From positions 156,657-220,656 of the forward strand of contig SVAJ01000001.1 of the NCBI GenBank assembly GCA_015059435.1: a stretch of 64,000 nucleotides of DNA, given 5' to 3'. This stretch comes from Bacillota bacterium. Lineage in GTDB: Bacteria; Bacillota_I; Bacilli_A; RF39; UBA660. Numbering within the stretch: position 1 is the stretch's first letter; the number at the start of each line of letters is the position of its first letter. Under the pieces are notes generated by a model that saw only the letters and a program-made list of their open reading frames with translations, was not told where the DNA came from and did no database searches. The position numbers were made by a program, and so were the translations under genes. Positions 43,722 through 53,959 of the stretch are shown here, one piece after another.

Positions 43722-46700
43722 TTAAAATAGTGACAATTGATTAGAATCTGGTAATCCTTCAAGTATTCCCATTTCTTTCATTCTATCAATTAGAGTTTGT
43801 GAAACTTTACCACGTTTTTGTACATCTTCGATACTTAAGAATGGTTTTATTTCACGTTCTCTTACTATGTTTTTAGCAACTGTATCTCCAAGTCCTTCAA
43901 TTGAATTGAATGGTGGATATATTTCAGTATCATTTTTAGCCACCCAAACTGTTGCGTCACTATGATATAAGTCAACATTCAAGAATTTAATACCACGAGC
44001 TGTTGCTTCTAGAGCAACCTTCAAACTTTCAGCTTGTCCATTTTCTTTATTAGTTGCTTCATAACCTTTTGCTTCTATATCTTCAAGTCTGGCTTTTATT
44101 GAGTCATATCCTTTAATCATATTTATAACGTCTACATCTGTTGCTTTTGATGAATACCAAGAACTATAGAAGTATACTGGCATATGTACTTTATACCAAG
44201 CAATTCTAAAAGCAGATATAACGTAAGCTGCAGCATGGGCTTTTGGGAACATGTATTTGATTTTAGCACAACTTCCAATAAACCAATCCGGAATGTTACT
44301 TTCTTTCATTAGTTTTTCATATTCTAACCATTGATCATGATCTTTTGGTTTAGAAGCACGACCTTTACGAACAAACTCCATAATCTTAAATGCTTTAATT
44401 GGTTCAAGTCCACGATACATTAAGTAAACCATGATATCATCACGACAGCCAATTGTTTCACTGAATGGAACAACATTATTTTGAATTAATTCTTGGGCAT
44501 TACCTAACCATACATCAGTACCATGTGATAGACCTGATATTTTAATAAGTTCACCGAACGTTGTTGGCTTTGTATCTTCAACTAATTTTATGGTAAACGG
44601 TGTACCAAATTCTGGAATACCAAGTGTTCCTGTATTACATCTTATTTGTTCTGTTGTAACTCCTAGAGCTTTAGTTGATGTAAATATTGACATTGTGTCT
44701 TTATCATCTAGAGGTACTTTTAAGATATCTGTACCTGATTGCATTTGTATAAGTCTTAATTGAGTTGGATCTGAATGTCCTAAGATATCAAGTTTTAATA
44801 AACATTGATCGATTGAGTGGTAATCAAAGTGTGTTGTTCTCCACTCTGCTGTTGCATCATCTGCTGGAAATTGGAATGGTGTAAAATCTGATACTTCCAT
44901 GTAGTCTGGTACAACAACTATTCCTCCTGGATGTTGTCCTGTAGTTCTTTTAACACCAGTACATCCCATAGCTAAACGTTCTACTTCTGCAGTACGCATA
45001 TCATTAATTTCATGTTCTTCACAATAACCTTTTACAAATCCAAAGGCTGTTTTATCTGCTACTGTACCAATAGTTCCGGCACGATATACGTTATCTTCAC
45101 CAAATAATACTTTTGTATACGCATGGGCACTTGCTTGATTTAAATCTGAAAAGTTAAGATCGATATCTGGTACTTTATCAGCATTAAATCCTAAGAATGT
45201 TGCGAATGGCATATCTTGTCCATCTTTAATCATTGGTATATGACAATTAGGACATTCTTTATCTGGTAAGTCAAATCCTGATGAGTATGTTGCTCCTAGA
45301 GAATTACCTTCATCATCATCAAAAATACTTAGTTTACATTTATCACACCTATAATGTGCTGCAAGTGGATTAACTTCTGTTATACCCATCATTGTTGCAA
45401 CGAAACTTGATCCAACAGATCCACGAGAACCAACTAAATATCCTTCATCATTAGAATGCTTAACTAGACGTTGTGAAATTAAGTAAATTGGATCGAATCC
45501 TCCACCAATTACTCCTCCTAAAGCTTTCTTAGTTGCTTTTTCTAATTCTTTTTCATCTAGTTTTTCTTCACTAGTTTCTTGTACATAATCTGATACAAAT
45601 TCTTTTACTTTAATAGATCCTGAAAGAATTAGATCATGTAATTCTTTATGAGATTTAACATTAAAGTCTTCTTCACTTAAATTTTCTTTTTCTAATCGTT
45701 CTTTTATTATTTTATATACAATATCTCCATATAACTCAGTTGCGATACGTTCTTCGATCATATATGGAAGTGGCGCTCCATACCATTCTTTAGCTTTTGT
45801 ATAAACTAAGTCTGTTACTACTACTGGACAATCTAGATATTCTTTTCCATCATCTGATTTTACTCTTGGAGAGAAAGGTATTCCACCTGTATCAATAATT
45901 ACTTCTACTATTTCAGTCATATCAGCTAATTTATTTGTATTTTCTACAACTAATTGATATGCTCTTTCTTCTCCTAGGAATTTAAAGTTATCCAACATTT
46001 CTTCTGTTGTTCTAAAATGATTTGATGGTATCTCTTTTATACCTTTACGTGCTAGTGGATGTCTTCCTCCACCTGGAACTTTTTGATTTACTATAATCTC
46101 ACGATATATTCTGTCATCTTTAGCAATGTGATGAACATCTCCTGTAGCCACTATAACTTTTCCTGCTTCTTCTGTTACTCTAACTATTTTTTCTATATGA
46201 GCAGCAAGTTCTACTTCTGTTGCAAATTCACCTGATTGAATTAAGTGATTATAACATTCTAATGGTTGTACTTCTACATAGTCATAGAATCTAATTATAT
46301 TTGAAAGTTCATCTTCACTTTTTGATTTAGCTAATGTAAAAACTTCACTTTCATAGCAACCACTACCTATTAAAATTCCTTCTCTATGTTCTTCTATTAC
46401 ACTTCTAAGTATTCTAGGTGTTTTATATAAATATTTAGTATTAGCAAGTGATACTATTTTAAATAAGTTCTTTAGACCTGTTTTATTCTGAACTAGTAAG
46501 TTAACATGATAACTTCTACCATATTTATGTATTTCGTCTTTACTAACTAAACTATCTAATTGATCCATATTATCTATATTTCTGTTAGATAATTTTTTTA
46601 ACATTTTATGGAATACTAATGCAGTTCCTTCCGCATCGTAATCTCCTCTATGGTGAGCAGTTTCATCCCAAGGTACATCATATCTTTTAACAAGAGCAGA

Positions 46701-48344
46701 TAATGAATGTCTAGCATAATTAGTGTCCATAGTACGAGATAATTCTAATGTATCAATTACAGGATTAGTAAATTTTCCTAAATCATATTTTTTATAAGCC
46801 ATTTCTAAGAAAGAAACATCAAACTTAGCATTATGAGCAACCATTGGTAAATCTTTAAACCATTCAATAAATCTCTTAACAGCATTTTCTTCTGTATCTT
46901 TATCTTTTAGCATTTCATCTGTTATTTGGGTAAGATCTACTATCTTTTGTGGTAATTTCCTACCTGGATTAATTAATTCATCATATCTATCTATAATTTC
47001 TCCATTATGAATTTTAACAGCACCAATTTCAATAATAGAATCAGCACCACCGGCATTAAATCCTGTAGTTTCAAAGTCGAATACTACATAAGTTTGATCT
47101 AACATATTTTTATCATTTGGTCTTAATACTATATTAACTGTATCATCTATTAAAGTTAGTTCTGTTCCATAAATAGCTTTAAACTTATCTTGTTCTTCTT
47201 TTCCTTTGTTATATCCTGTTACATAGTTAAATACATGCGGAAATGCTTGTACTCCATTATGGTCAGTAATGGCAATTGCTTTATGTCCCCAAGCTATAGC
47301 TTGTTTTACTAAATCGACTTCATCAGCTATACCATCCATTTGACTCATTTTAGTATGAGTATGTAGTTCTACTCTTTTTACTTCTGCATTATCAGTAATT
47401 TTACCTTCATCTTTTTCTATTTTAACTATGTCTCTAGCATTTAATACTAATTCACGGGAAAATTGATCATTTTTTGTATAACCCCTTATTTTAAACCAAG
47501 AACCTATACTTAGTTCTCCACATAATCTTTTATATTCTTCATCATCTCTAACAAATACTTTACAATAAATACTATCTGAATAGTCAGTTATTTTTAAAGT
47601 TATAATTTTAAAATCAGTTTTTGATGACTCAAAGTAATCAGTTCCAAATACTTTAGCTTCTACTACTACATTATTATCTTCTCCAAGTAGTGTTTTTATT
47701 TTTATCGGAGTTTCTTTTATAGCTCTGCCTATTACACTATTTGGATCTTTCTTTTCTCTTCTAAAACTATTAGTACTTTTTGTTTCTTGTTTTTCTTCTT
47801 TTGATGTTTCTTTTATTTTAACTGTATTTACATCTACTTCTAAATCTTTTTTTATTTCATTTAGAATACTATCTTCATGTCTTAAAGTTACATCTATATT
47901 AAATTTGTATCCTAGTGATTTATATATTTTATTTATCTTTTCTAAGTTTGCACTTAATTTATTTTTTCCTACTTCAGTTGATGCAACTAATAAAAGATAA
48001 TCATCTTCTACTTTCATTGCTTCTTCATAAATTTCTGTAACACGTAAATCATCTTTTAATTTTTTTAATACATATTTGTAGTAACTTAGATAAATATCTA
48101 TATCAATATTTTCTATGTCATATACAAAAGTAATAGATGAGATGTTCTCATCTAAGTTATTCTTTTTTTCATCTAATTCTTCTATTACTTCTAGTGGAAA
48201 GGGATTTTCATTTTTGATAAAAATATTCCAACTATTATTCTTAGAATTAACTTTTATCTTAGTTAATTTGGCATGTTCAAAATATTTATAATTATCATTA
48301 TCAATGCCTATTTTATCTAGTAATATCTTTATTTTGTCATCCAT
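43722..48344 (-). CDS. polC: DNA polymerase III alpha subunit, Gram-positive PolC type (1540 aa)
   Basis: PHP domain (VELHTHTKMSQMDG), DEDD exonuclease (VVFDFETTGF, HNAKFDVSFL), Zn finger (CDKC...CPNC), and polymerase core (GSRGSVGSS, DIDLNF). Confidence 0.97.
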   Translation of the reverse strand: MDDKIKILLDKIGIDNDNYKYFEHAKLTKIKVNSKNNSWNIFIKNENPFPLEVIEELDEKKNNLDENISSITFVYDIENIDIDIYLSYYKYVLKKLKDDLRVTEIYEEAMKVEDDYLLLVASTEVGKNKLSANLEKINKIYKSLGYKFNIDVTLRHEDSILNEIKKDLEVDVNTVKIKETSKEEKQETKSTNSFRREKKDPNSVIGRAIKETPIKIKTLLGEDNNVVVEAKVFGTDYFESSKTDFKIITLKITDYSDSIYCKVFVRDDEEYKRLCGELSIGSWFKIRGYTKNDQFSRELVLNARDIVKIEKDEGKITDNAEVKRVELHTHTKMSQMDGIADEVDLVKQAIAWGHKAIAITDHNGVQAFPHVFNYVTGYNKGKEEQDKFKAIYGTELTLIDDTVNIVLRPNDKNMLDQTYVVFDFETTGFNAGGADSIIEIGAVKIHNGEIIDRYDELINPGRKLPQKIVDLTQITDEMLKDKDTEENAVKRFIEWFKDLPMVAHNAKFDVSFLEMAYKKYDLGKFTNPVIDTLELSRTMDTNYARHSLSALVKRYDVPWDETAHHRGDYDAEGTALVFHKMLKKLSNRNIDNMDQLDSLVSKDEIHKYGRSYHVNLLVQNKTGLKNLFKIVSLANTKYLYKTPRILRSVIEEHREGILIGSGCYESEVFTLAKSKSEDELSNIIRFYDYVEVQPLECYNHLIQSGEFATEVELAAHIEKIVRVTEEAGKVIVATGDVHHIAKDDRIYREIIVNQKVPGGGRHPLARKGIKEIPSNHFRTTEEMLDNFKFLGEERAYQLVVENTNKLADMTEIVEVIIDTGGIPFSPRVKSDDGKEYLDCPVVVTDLVYTKAKEWYGAPLPYMIEERIATELYGDIVYKIIKERLEKENLSEEDFNVKSHKELHDLILSGSIKVKEFVSDYVQETSEEKLDEKELEKATKKALGGVIGGGFDPIYLISQRLVKHSNDEGYLVGSRGSVGSSFVATMMGITEVNPLAAHYRCDKCKLSIFDDDEGNSLGATYSSGFDLPDKECPNCHIPMIKDGQDMPFATFLGFNADKVPDIDLNFSDLNQASAHAYTKVLFGEDNVYRAGTIGTVADKTAFGFVKGYCEEHEINDMRTAEVERLAMGCTGVKRTTGQHPGGIVVVPDYMEVSDFTPFQFPADDATAEWRTTHFDYHSIDQCLLKLDILGHSDPTQLRLIQMQSGTDILKVPLDDKDTMSIFTSTKALGVTTEQIRCNTGTLGIPEFGTPFTIKLVEDTKPTTFGELIKISGLSHGTDVWLGNAQELIQNNVVPFSETIGCRDDIMVYLMYRGLEPIKAFKIMEFVRKGRASKPKDHDQWLEYEKLMKESNIPDWFIGSCAKIKYMFPKAHAAAYVISAFRIAWYKVHMPVYFYSSWYSSKATDVDVINMIKGYDSIKARLEDIEAKGYEATNKENGQAESLKVALEATARGIKFLNVDLYHSDATVWVAKNDTEIYPPFNSIEGLGDTVAKNIVREREIKPFLSIEDVQKRGKVSQTLIDRMKEMGILEGLPDSNQLSLF

Positions 48345-48366
48345 TATGAATCCCCCTGTTCATGGT

Positions 48367-49206
48367 CTATATTATTTCTATTTCTTTGATTTTTATAATA
48401 TGTTTTTGATTTCTAATACAAAAATCTATAAATTCTTTTAAGTCAACATTTTTTAGTTGTCTTTCAAATGTATATTTATCTATTTCAAATGCAATTTTAT
48501 CTCTCATCATATAGTCTAACATTTCTTCTTTAGCTGATCCTAAATACATTAACCAATATGGATATATTTGTCTTTTTAGATAATCTAGTGTTGCTTCTCC
48601 TGTTAGATATGCACTTCTATCATTAAGTCTTGTTGATAATTCATTTAGTATCGCAAGTTCTAATACTGATTGAACGATTTCTTTATACTTTGGATTATAA
48701 TCCTTCATTTCTCTTTTTACTATTTCAAATATCAAATCTACTATTATTTTATTTCTATCTTCTGTATCGATTCTTTTACCAAAGATTAGAGTTGATTGTT
48801 TATTATCTTTTATTAAAGTTGAATCAACTACATTAAGTGAATCATTTACTACAAAAATATTATATGAATCTATATCAAATCTTAATATATCTTTTAATTC
48901 CTTATTAATTTGTTTTTTATTATCATCCCAAATTTTTAATATTTCATTACGATATTTATCTGTTGACTTTTTGATTTTTTCATACTCTTTTGTTTCCATT
49001 ACTATATTATAAATAGTATCATCATTTGGAATATAGTTTTTTGGATCTTTTAATATTAAATTTTTATCTTTATATGTACAATTATATTCTTCTTTATAAT
49101 TAAGCCATAATTTCTGTTTTAATTTATGAATATTTTCTGATATTGATGCTTGGAATAATAAATTCCAAATTAATACATAATCATTTACTACAAATTTTAA
49201 ATTCAC
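48367..49206 (-). CDS. Hypothetical protein (279 aa) directly upstream of polC
   Basis: Long ORF ending 22 nt before the polC start. I recognised no family motif. Confidence 0.5.
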   Translation of the reverse strand: MNLKFVVNDYVLIWNLLFQASISENIHKLKQKLWLNYKEEYNCTYKDKNLILKDPKNYIPNDDTIYNIVMETKEYEKIKKSTDKYRNEILKIWDDNKKQINKELKDILRFDIDSYNIFVVNDSLNVVDSTLIKDNKQSTLIFGKRIDTEDRNKIIVDLIFEIVKREMKDYNPKYKEIVQSVLELAILNELSTRLNDRSAYLTGEATLDYLKRQIYPYWLMYLGSAKEEMLDYMMRDKIAFEIDKYTFERQLKNVDLKEFIDFCIRNQKHIIKIKEIEII

Positions 49207-49264
49207 GGATACTACCTCCTACATCTTCTATAAATAATAATATCATAAAGTTTTATTTTATAAA

Positions 49265-49290
49265 AGAAAAAAACGGGAATATTACCGTTT
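49265..49290 (-). terminator. Terminator of the permease/TIGR03943 pair
   Basis: Minus strand stem AACGG pairs with CCGTT, followed by TTTTTTCTTTT. Confidence 0.55.
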
Positions 49291-50081
49291 TAATAGTCTA
49301 AATCATATTTTTGTAAAAGAGGACAAGTACCATCACCATAATTAAAGCATGGATAGATGTATTGTTCTTCTTTTTTGCCATCTACTTCTGTAATTTTGGT
49401 TGGGATGATTGTTAGTGATTCATTATACTTTCCTTTAGTATTTTCTAATACACCTTCTACTTCATACCATTTATCATATTCTAGTTTTGTATCAGAGTTA
49501 TTTTTTACGTAGAAGCCTACAAAACTAGCATCAGCTATACAACAACTAACCCCATATTTTCCTATAGCATAATAATCTTTAGGTAAACCACTTTCGTATT
49601 CAGCAATAAAACCTTTAACCTTGATTGTTTTTCCTTCATACTTTTTAGCATTTTCTTCAAATGTTAAGTAGTTAGCAAGTTCACTATATATTTCATCTTT
49701 TACATCAAAATATATTTCATCTGTATTAATTGGTTCTTTAGCTACTTTAGCGTTTTTCTTCTTTTGGTGTTTTTCTTTGATAGTTGTTTTAGATGGATTT
49801 ATAGTTCTATTAGCTGCTAATTTGGTTGTTAATCTTCCATCAGATGATAGTATGATCATTACAATTGGTAATAATAGTATTAAATCAGTTAATTTAAATT
49901 TATAATGTGAGTGTTTTTCTTTAAGTATAACTACTCCTATTATTAGTAAAGGTAGTATTGATGCAATGATATATTTTTGCATAGTTGGGGCTAAGTAATT
50001 TTTTAGATTACCTGTTATAAATACGTAAGTTATTAATAGTGAATATGTTATTGATATTATTCCTAGAAATTTATTTTTCAT
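49290..50081 (-). CDS. TIGR03943 (DUF1980)-family membrane protein, partner subunit of the upstream permease
   Basis: N-terminal TM helices and a C-terminal soluble domain with the GVSCCIADA motif. A 4-nt overlap with the permease gene is the usual arrangement for this two-gene module. Confidence 0.65.
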   Translation of the reverse strand: MKNKFLGIISITYSLLITYVFITGNLKNYLAPTMQKYIIASILPLLIIGVVILKEKHSHYKFKLTDLILLLPIVMIILSSDGRLTTKLAANRTINPSKTTIKEKHQKKKNAKVAKEPINTDEIYFDVKDEIYSELANYLTFEENAKKYEGKTIKVKGFIAEYESGLPKDYYAIGKYGVSCCIADASFVGFYVKNNSDTKLEYDKWYEVEGVLENTKGKYNESLTIIPTKITEVDGKKEEQYIYPCFNYGDGTCPLLQKYDLDY

Positions 50082-50968
50082 GATAACATCACCACCCCTA
50101 CACTAGCTATAAATATTGTTATAAATATTAGTGTTATTAGAGTATAGACAAACTTTTTCTTGTAGTTTCCTAATAATACAAATGTGTTTTTTATATCGAT
50201 CATAGGTCCTAGTAATAAGTATGCAAGAATCGACGATGATGTAAAACTTGATAATAGTGATTTACCTACGAATGAGTCTGATGTTGAGCATAGTGAGATT
50301 AAGTATGCAAATAACATTAATACTATTATTGATAATATTTCATTATTATTAAATATTAGTAATATGTTTCTAGGTAATAATACTTGAACTAGACTAGCTA
50401 TTAAAGCACCAAACATTAAGTATTTAACTACTTCAAATAAATCTATTGCGGTATGATTTATTATTGATGTAAATTTATTGTTTTTATGATCATGATGACA
50501 AGAGCATGTCTCTTCTTCTAATAAACCATTTTTTATTACTTCTTTGTTGTTAAATATAATTCCTATTATGATTCCTACTACTAGTGAAATAAGTATTCCA
50601 AATATTAATCTATACCAGAATATATTTGGATTAGTTCTATAGAATGCATAATATGTAGAAAGTAGAACTACTGGATTTATTATTGGAGATGCCAACATAA
50701 AAGTAATTGCTACATTAATTGGTACTTTTTTCTTTAGTAGTCTTTTTGATACCGGTATTACAGCACAGTCACATGCAGGTATAAAAAATCCTAGAAATAC
50801 TCCTACAATTGAAGCTAATACTCTATTTTTAGGAATCATTTTAGCTATTTTTTCATTAGAAATATATGTTTCAATAGTAGCAGAAATAATTGATCCTAAT
50901 AATAAGAATGGTAGACTTTCAAAAAATATTGATATAAATATAATTGATATATTTTTAATTATGTCCAT
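50078..50968 (-). CDS. Permease of the YraQ/ArsP (COG0701) family
   Basis: Polytopic protein with conserved PACDCAVIPV and a His/Cys-rich loop (CSCHHDHKN). Confidence 0.7.
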   Translation of the reverse strand: MDIIKNISIIFISIFFESLPFLLLGSIISATIETYISNEKIAKMIPKNRVLASIVGVFLGFFIPACDCAVIPVSKRLLKKKVPINVAITFMLASPIINPVVLLSTYYAFYRTNPNIFWYRLIFGILISLVVGIIIGIIFNNKEVIKNGLLEEETCSCHHDHKNNKFTSIINHTAIDLFEVVKYLMFGALIASLVQVLLPRNILLIFNNNEILSIIVLMLFAYLISLCSTSDSFVGKSLLSSFTSSSILAYLLLGPMIDIKNTFVLLGNYKKKFVYTLITLIFITIFIASVGVVMLS

Positions 50969-51070
50969 AATTCCTCCTAGTTTGTATATTTTACTATCCT
51001 TTTCAATTATACTAATTATACTTCTTTTTTACAACAAAAAAGCATTGGTATTCACTATTGAGTATATAAA

Positions 51071-51096
51071 CAAAAAAAGAACTTTTTCAAGTCCTT
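51071..51096 (-). terminator. Terminator after tRNA-Ala
   Basis: Minus strand: stem AGGACTT, loop GAAAA, stem AGTTCTT, followed by TTTTTTG. Confidence 0.6.
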
Positions 51097-51108
51097 TTGA
51101 TTTACTAA

Positions 51109-51184
51109 TGGTGGAGCATAGCGGGATCGAACCGCTGACCTCCACGGTGCAAACGTGGCGCTCTCCCAGCTGAGCTAATGCCCC
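51109..51184 (-). tRNA. tRNA-Ala (anticodon UGC), CCA encoded
   Basis: Minus strand: GGGGCATTAGCTCAGCTGGGAGAGCGCCACGTTTGCACCGTGGAGGTCAGCGGTTCGATCCCGCTATGCTCCACCA. It folds as a cloverleaf with the G3:U70 Ala identity pair, anticodon loop TTTGCAC, and T-loop GGTTCGATCC. Confidence 0.95.
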
Positions 51185-51216
51185 AAAAGTATGTCTTCTT
51201 TCAAGTCGACAAATAG

Positions 51217-51246
51217 ATTATAGCACAAGAAAAAATTAAAAGTCAA
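51217..51246 (-). promoter_or_regulatory. Dedicated promoter for tRNA-Ala
   Basis: Minus strand: -35 TTGACT (51246-51241, overlapping the M50 gene stop), an 18-nt spacer, and an extended -10 TGCTATAAT (-10 at 51222-51217). Confidence 0.6.
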
Positions 51247-51938
51247 CATTTTTTATACTTTTTTTCTAATATTTCCTTTTCATAATAATATTTTCCATCT
51301 ATTTTAATTAAATGTCTCTTTCCTCTTCTTAATTTATTAATATTATTTACGATAATTCCTTTTTTAAAATTATAATTTTTTAAATATCTTTCTAATAGAA
51401 ACTTTTCATAAATATAGTTTATTTGTTTATACTCAATTATTATTTTGTATATTAAAAATATAAATATTATTATATTTGATCTTATATCATTTATTAATCC
51501 ATATACTAATATTAATATCGTAATTATCATGCTTATACTAATACTTAATATTAAACTTTTTTTATAAGATGTAAAAAGTGATAAAAATAGATTTAGTAAC
51601 TTTCCTCCATCTAATGGATATATTGGCAGTAGATTAAAAAGTAAAATGCTATAGTGATAGATTGTGATTAGTTTAATAGTGTTTTTCATAATCTTTATTA
51701 GTATTAGGTATGCTATAAATTGAAATATAGGTCCTGATATTAATACTAAGAATTCTTTAAACATACTAATATTTAAATCAAATCTAAACTTAGATATTCC
51801 TCCTAATGGATAGATATATATTTTTAGTATTTTTCCACCTAATAAATAAGCCATTATAAGATGTCCTAATTCATGAATAATTACTAATACTGTGATAATA
51901 AAAAAAGGTATAAAAGAGGCTGTAAAAACAGATATCAA
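51243..51938 (-). CDS. Site-2 (M50) intramembrane metalloprotease, SpoIVFB-like, without a CBS domain
   Basis: HExxH in a TM helix (IHELGHLIMAY) and NLLPIYPLDGG. Confidence 0.8.
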   Translation of the reverse strand: MISVFTASFIPFFIITVLVIIHELGHLIMAYLLGGKILKIYIYPLGGISKFRFDLNISMFKEFLVLISGPIFQFIAYLILIKIMKNTIKLITIYHYSILLFNLLPIYPLDGGKLLNLFLSLFTSYKKSLILSISISMIITILILVYGLINDIRSNIIIFIFLIYKIIIEYKQINYIYEKFLLERYLKNYNFKKGIIVNNINKLRRGKRHLIKIDGKYYYEKEILEKKYKKC

Positions 51939-51975
51939 TCCAAATAAATATACTAATGGATTTATTTCTATATAA

Positions 51976-52551
51976 TTAGATATATTTTTTATAGTCTATA
52001 AATTTCCCATCTTTTTCAAATAATAAATATAGTTTATTTGTTTTTACTTCTCCAAGTAATTTTCCTTTTTCTATATAATCATATAATTTTATATTAGAAG
52101 TATTAATATTAGAATAATATGTATTTATACCATTTATTTGTTCTATTATGATAGTTGAACCATAACCCTTCTTATCACCCATATATACAACTATTCCACT
52201 TTCTATTACTGGTACCATGTAGTTATCTTCTACGGTTAAAACAACTCCGTCTTTATATGTATTTTCTTTTTTATAATTTAGTTTTTCACTAAAGACACTT
52301 TTTTCTTCAGTAATTATTTTATCTACTGATAATATATTACCAAAATATTTTTCATAGATGTTTTTAAATTTAGTAAATTTAAAACTTTTTTCATAAACGT
52401 TTTCTATTATTAGATTTTTATAATTACCATCTTTTTTTACTAAAATCATTCCTAGTATGAATATTAATATTGTGATAAGTATTTTATTAATAAATGTTTT
52501 TATTTCTTTTCTTAAGACTAATTTCTTTTTTACTGTAGTGTTCTTTTCCAT
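51976..52551 (-). CDS. Membrane-anchored degenerate LytM (M23-like) domain protein, SpoIVFA-like position
   Basis: TM anchor plus GIVVYMGDKKGYGSTIIIEQ...YIEKGKLLGE (LytM fold signature). It lacks the HxxxD and HxH metal ligands. It lies directly upstream of the M50 protease and downstream of mreD, as in B. subtilis spoIVFA-spoIVFB. Confidence 0.55.
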   Translation of the reverse strand: MEKNTTVKKKLVLRKEIKTFINKILITILIFILGMILVKKDGNYKNLIIENVYEKSFKFTKFKNIYEKYFGNILSVDKIITEEKSVFSEKLNYKKENTYKDGVVLTVEDNYMVPVIESGIVVYMGDKKGYGSTIIIEQINGINTYYSNINTSNIKLYDYIEKGKLLGEVKTNKLYLLFEKDGKFIDYKKYI

Positions 52552-52595
52552 ATATTTCTCCTTAATTAAATATATGAAAAAAAAAGATAAGTATG

Positions 52596-53105
52596 CTAAT
52601 TTATACTTATGCTTTTATATTTTTTTGGTAAGTGGCTAATTATTAAATATAATAATTCTCCATAGATTATATTACTTATTAAACTATGTGATATTTTATA
52701 TATTAATTTTGAAGTAGTCACTGGTACTAAATTAAGTGATAATATTACTAGAGCTGTGGTAGTTTCATAGATTATTATTATTAATACTATTTCTATAGCT
52801 ATATTTAGAATATTAAATTCAAAGTATTTATATAATAAGTGAATTAAGTAGGCAATTAATATGAATAATATTCCATTAAAAAATAATAGATTTGTGAAAA
52901 GTAAATCATATATAATTCCCATAATAAATGCAATTATAAAATATCTTTTTATATTTTTCTTTAATAAGGGATATATTATTAATAAACTTATTAGAGTAAA
53001 CATAGGAGTGAATAGTGATAAATCTCCTATCATATAGGGTAAAAAATTATTTAGAATTATCTCTAATACAAAAGATACTATTATTATAATAATACTTAAT
53101 GTCAT
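52596..53105 (-). CDS. mreD: Rod shape-determining protein MreD
   Basis: 169-aa polytopic protein overlapping the mreC stop by 1 nt. The assignment rests on position and hydropathy. Confidence 0.7.
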   Translation of the reverse strand: MTLSIIIIIVSFVLEIILNNFLPYMIGDLSLFTPMFTLISLLIIYPLLKKNIKRYFIIAFIMGIIYDLLFTNLLFFNGILFILIAYLIHLLYKYFEFNILNIAIEIVLIIIIYETTTALVILSLNLVPVTTSKLIYKISHSLISNIIYGELLYLIISHLPKKYKSISIN

Positions 53106-53917
53106 TATTTCTTTTCTCCTAAAACAGTTACATAGTGAATATTATTAAAATCTTGTTTGGTTTTTATATATAATGTTTTACTTAATTCATACTTATCAGT
53201 TTCTTGTTTAACTACTTCTCCTACATATATACCAGTTGGGAATACTCCACCAAGACCACTTGTTACTATTTTGGTATTTTCTTTAACATCACTATTTTTT
53301 TCTACTCCTACTACTTTTAGGCAATTAGTCTTTTTATCATATCCATTTAAGATAGCATATGTATCACCACTATCAGTTTTTATAGCTACACTAACTTTAT
53401 AATTAACATCATCTGAAGTAATTAGTTTTATCTCACTAGAGTATTTGTATACTTTTGATATTTTTCCAATAAGTCCAGCATTAGTTACTACTGCCATATC
53501 TTTTTTTATACCTGAAGATTTTCCTTTATCTATTGTAATTGTATTGAACCAATAACTTTTATTTCTAGATAATATAGTAGCGTTTATTGGAGTATACTCA
53601 GTAAGAGTTTTATTTAATTTTAATGTATCTTTTAACTCTTGTATTTCTTTTTCTAAAGATGAATTAACATTCTTTTGAATAACATAACTTTCTGTTTGTT
53701 TTCCTTTTTCTTTGTTTAAGGCTGTAAAAGGAAACATGACAATTTTATTTATAAATACTGTTGTATCTTTAAATATAGATTCCCCAGCAAATGTATTTCT
53801 ATTTAATTTTAATGATATAAATAATGAAATAAATATAATTATTATTGCGGCTGGTATTAGTATTTTTTTATTCATATATTTACTATTCTTATTTGTCTTT
53901 TTATACATTTTTATCAT
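53105..53917 (-). CDS. mreC: Rod shape-determining protein MreC
   Basis: TM anchor, coiled coil (LEKEIQELKDTL), and beta-barrel motifs (MAVVTNAGLIGKI, IVTSGLGGVFPTGIYVGEV). The start is ambiguous (53917, 53908 or 53875); the track's 53959 start lacks an SD. Confidence 0.85.
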   Translation of the reverse strand: MIKMYKKTNKNSKYMNKKILIPAAIIIIFISLFISLKLNRNTFAGESIFKDTTVFINKIVMFPFTALNKEKGKQTESYVIQKNVNSSLEKEIQELKDTLKLNKTLTEYTPINATILSRNKSYWFNTITIDKGKSSGIKKDMAVVTNAGLIGKISKVYKYSSEIKLITSDDVNYKVSVAIKTDSGDTYAILNGYDKKTNCLKVVGVEKNSDVKENTKIVTSGLGGVFPTGIYVGEVVKQETDKYELSKTLYIKTKQDFNNIHYVTVLGEKK

Positions 53918-53959
53918 CTCACTCTTATTTATTATAATATAAAAAAAAATTAGATACAA

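Noticed and set aside
45480-45780. Extra length of PolC as an intein or mobile insertion
   Set aside because: The inserted segment is a Lys/Glu-rich helical stretch. It lacks the Cys/Ser...His-Asn splice junctions and has no homing-endonuclease motifs.
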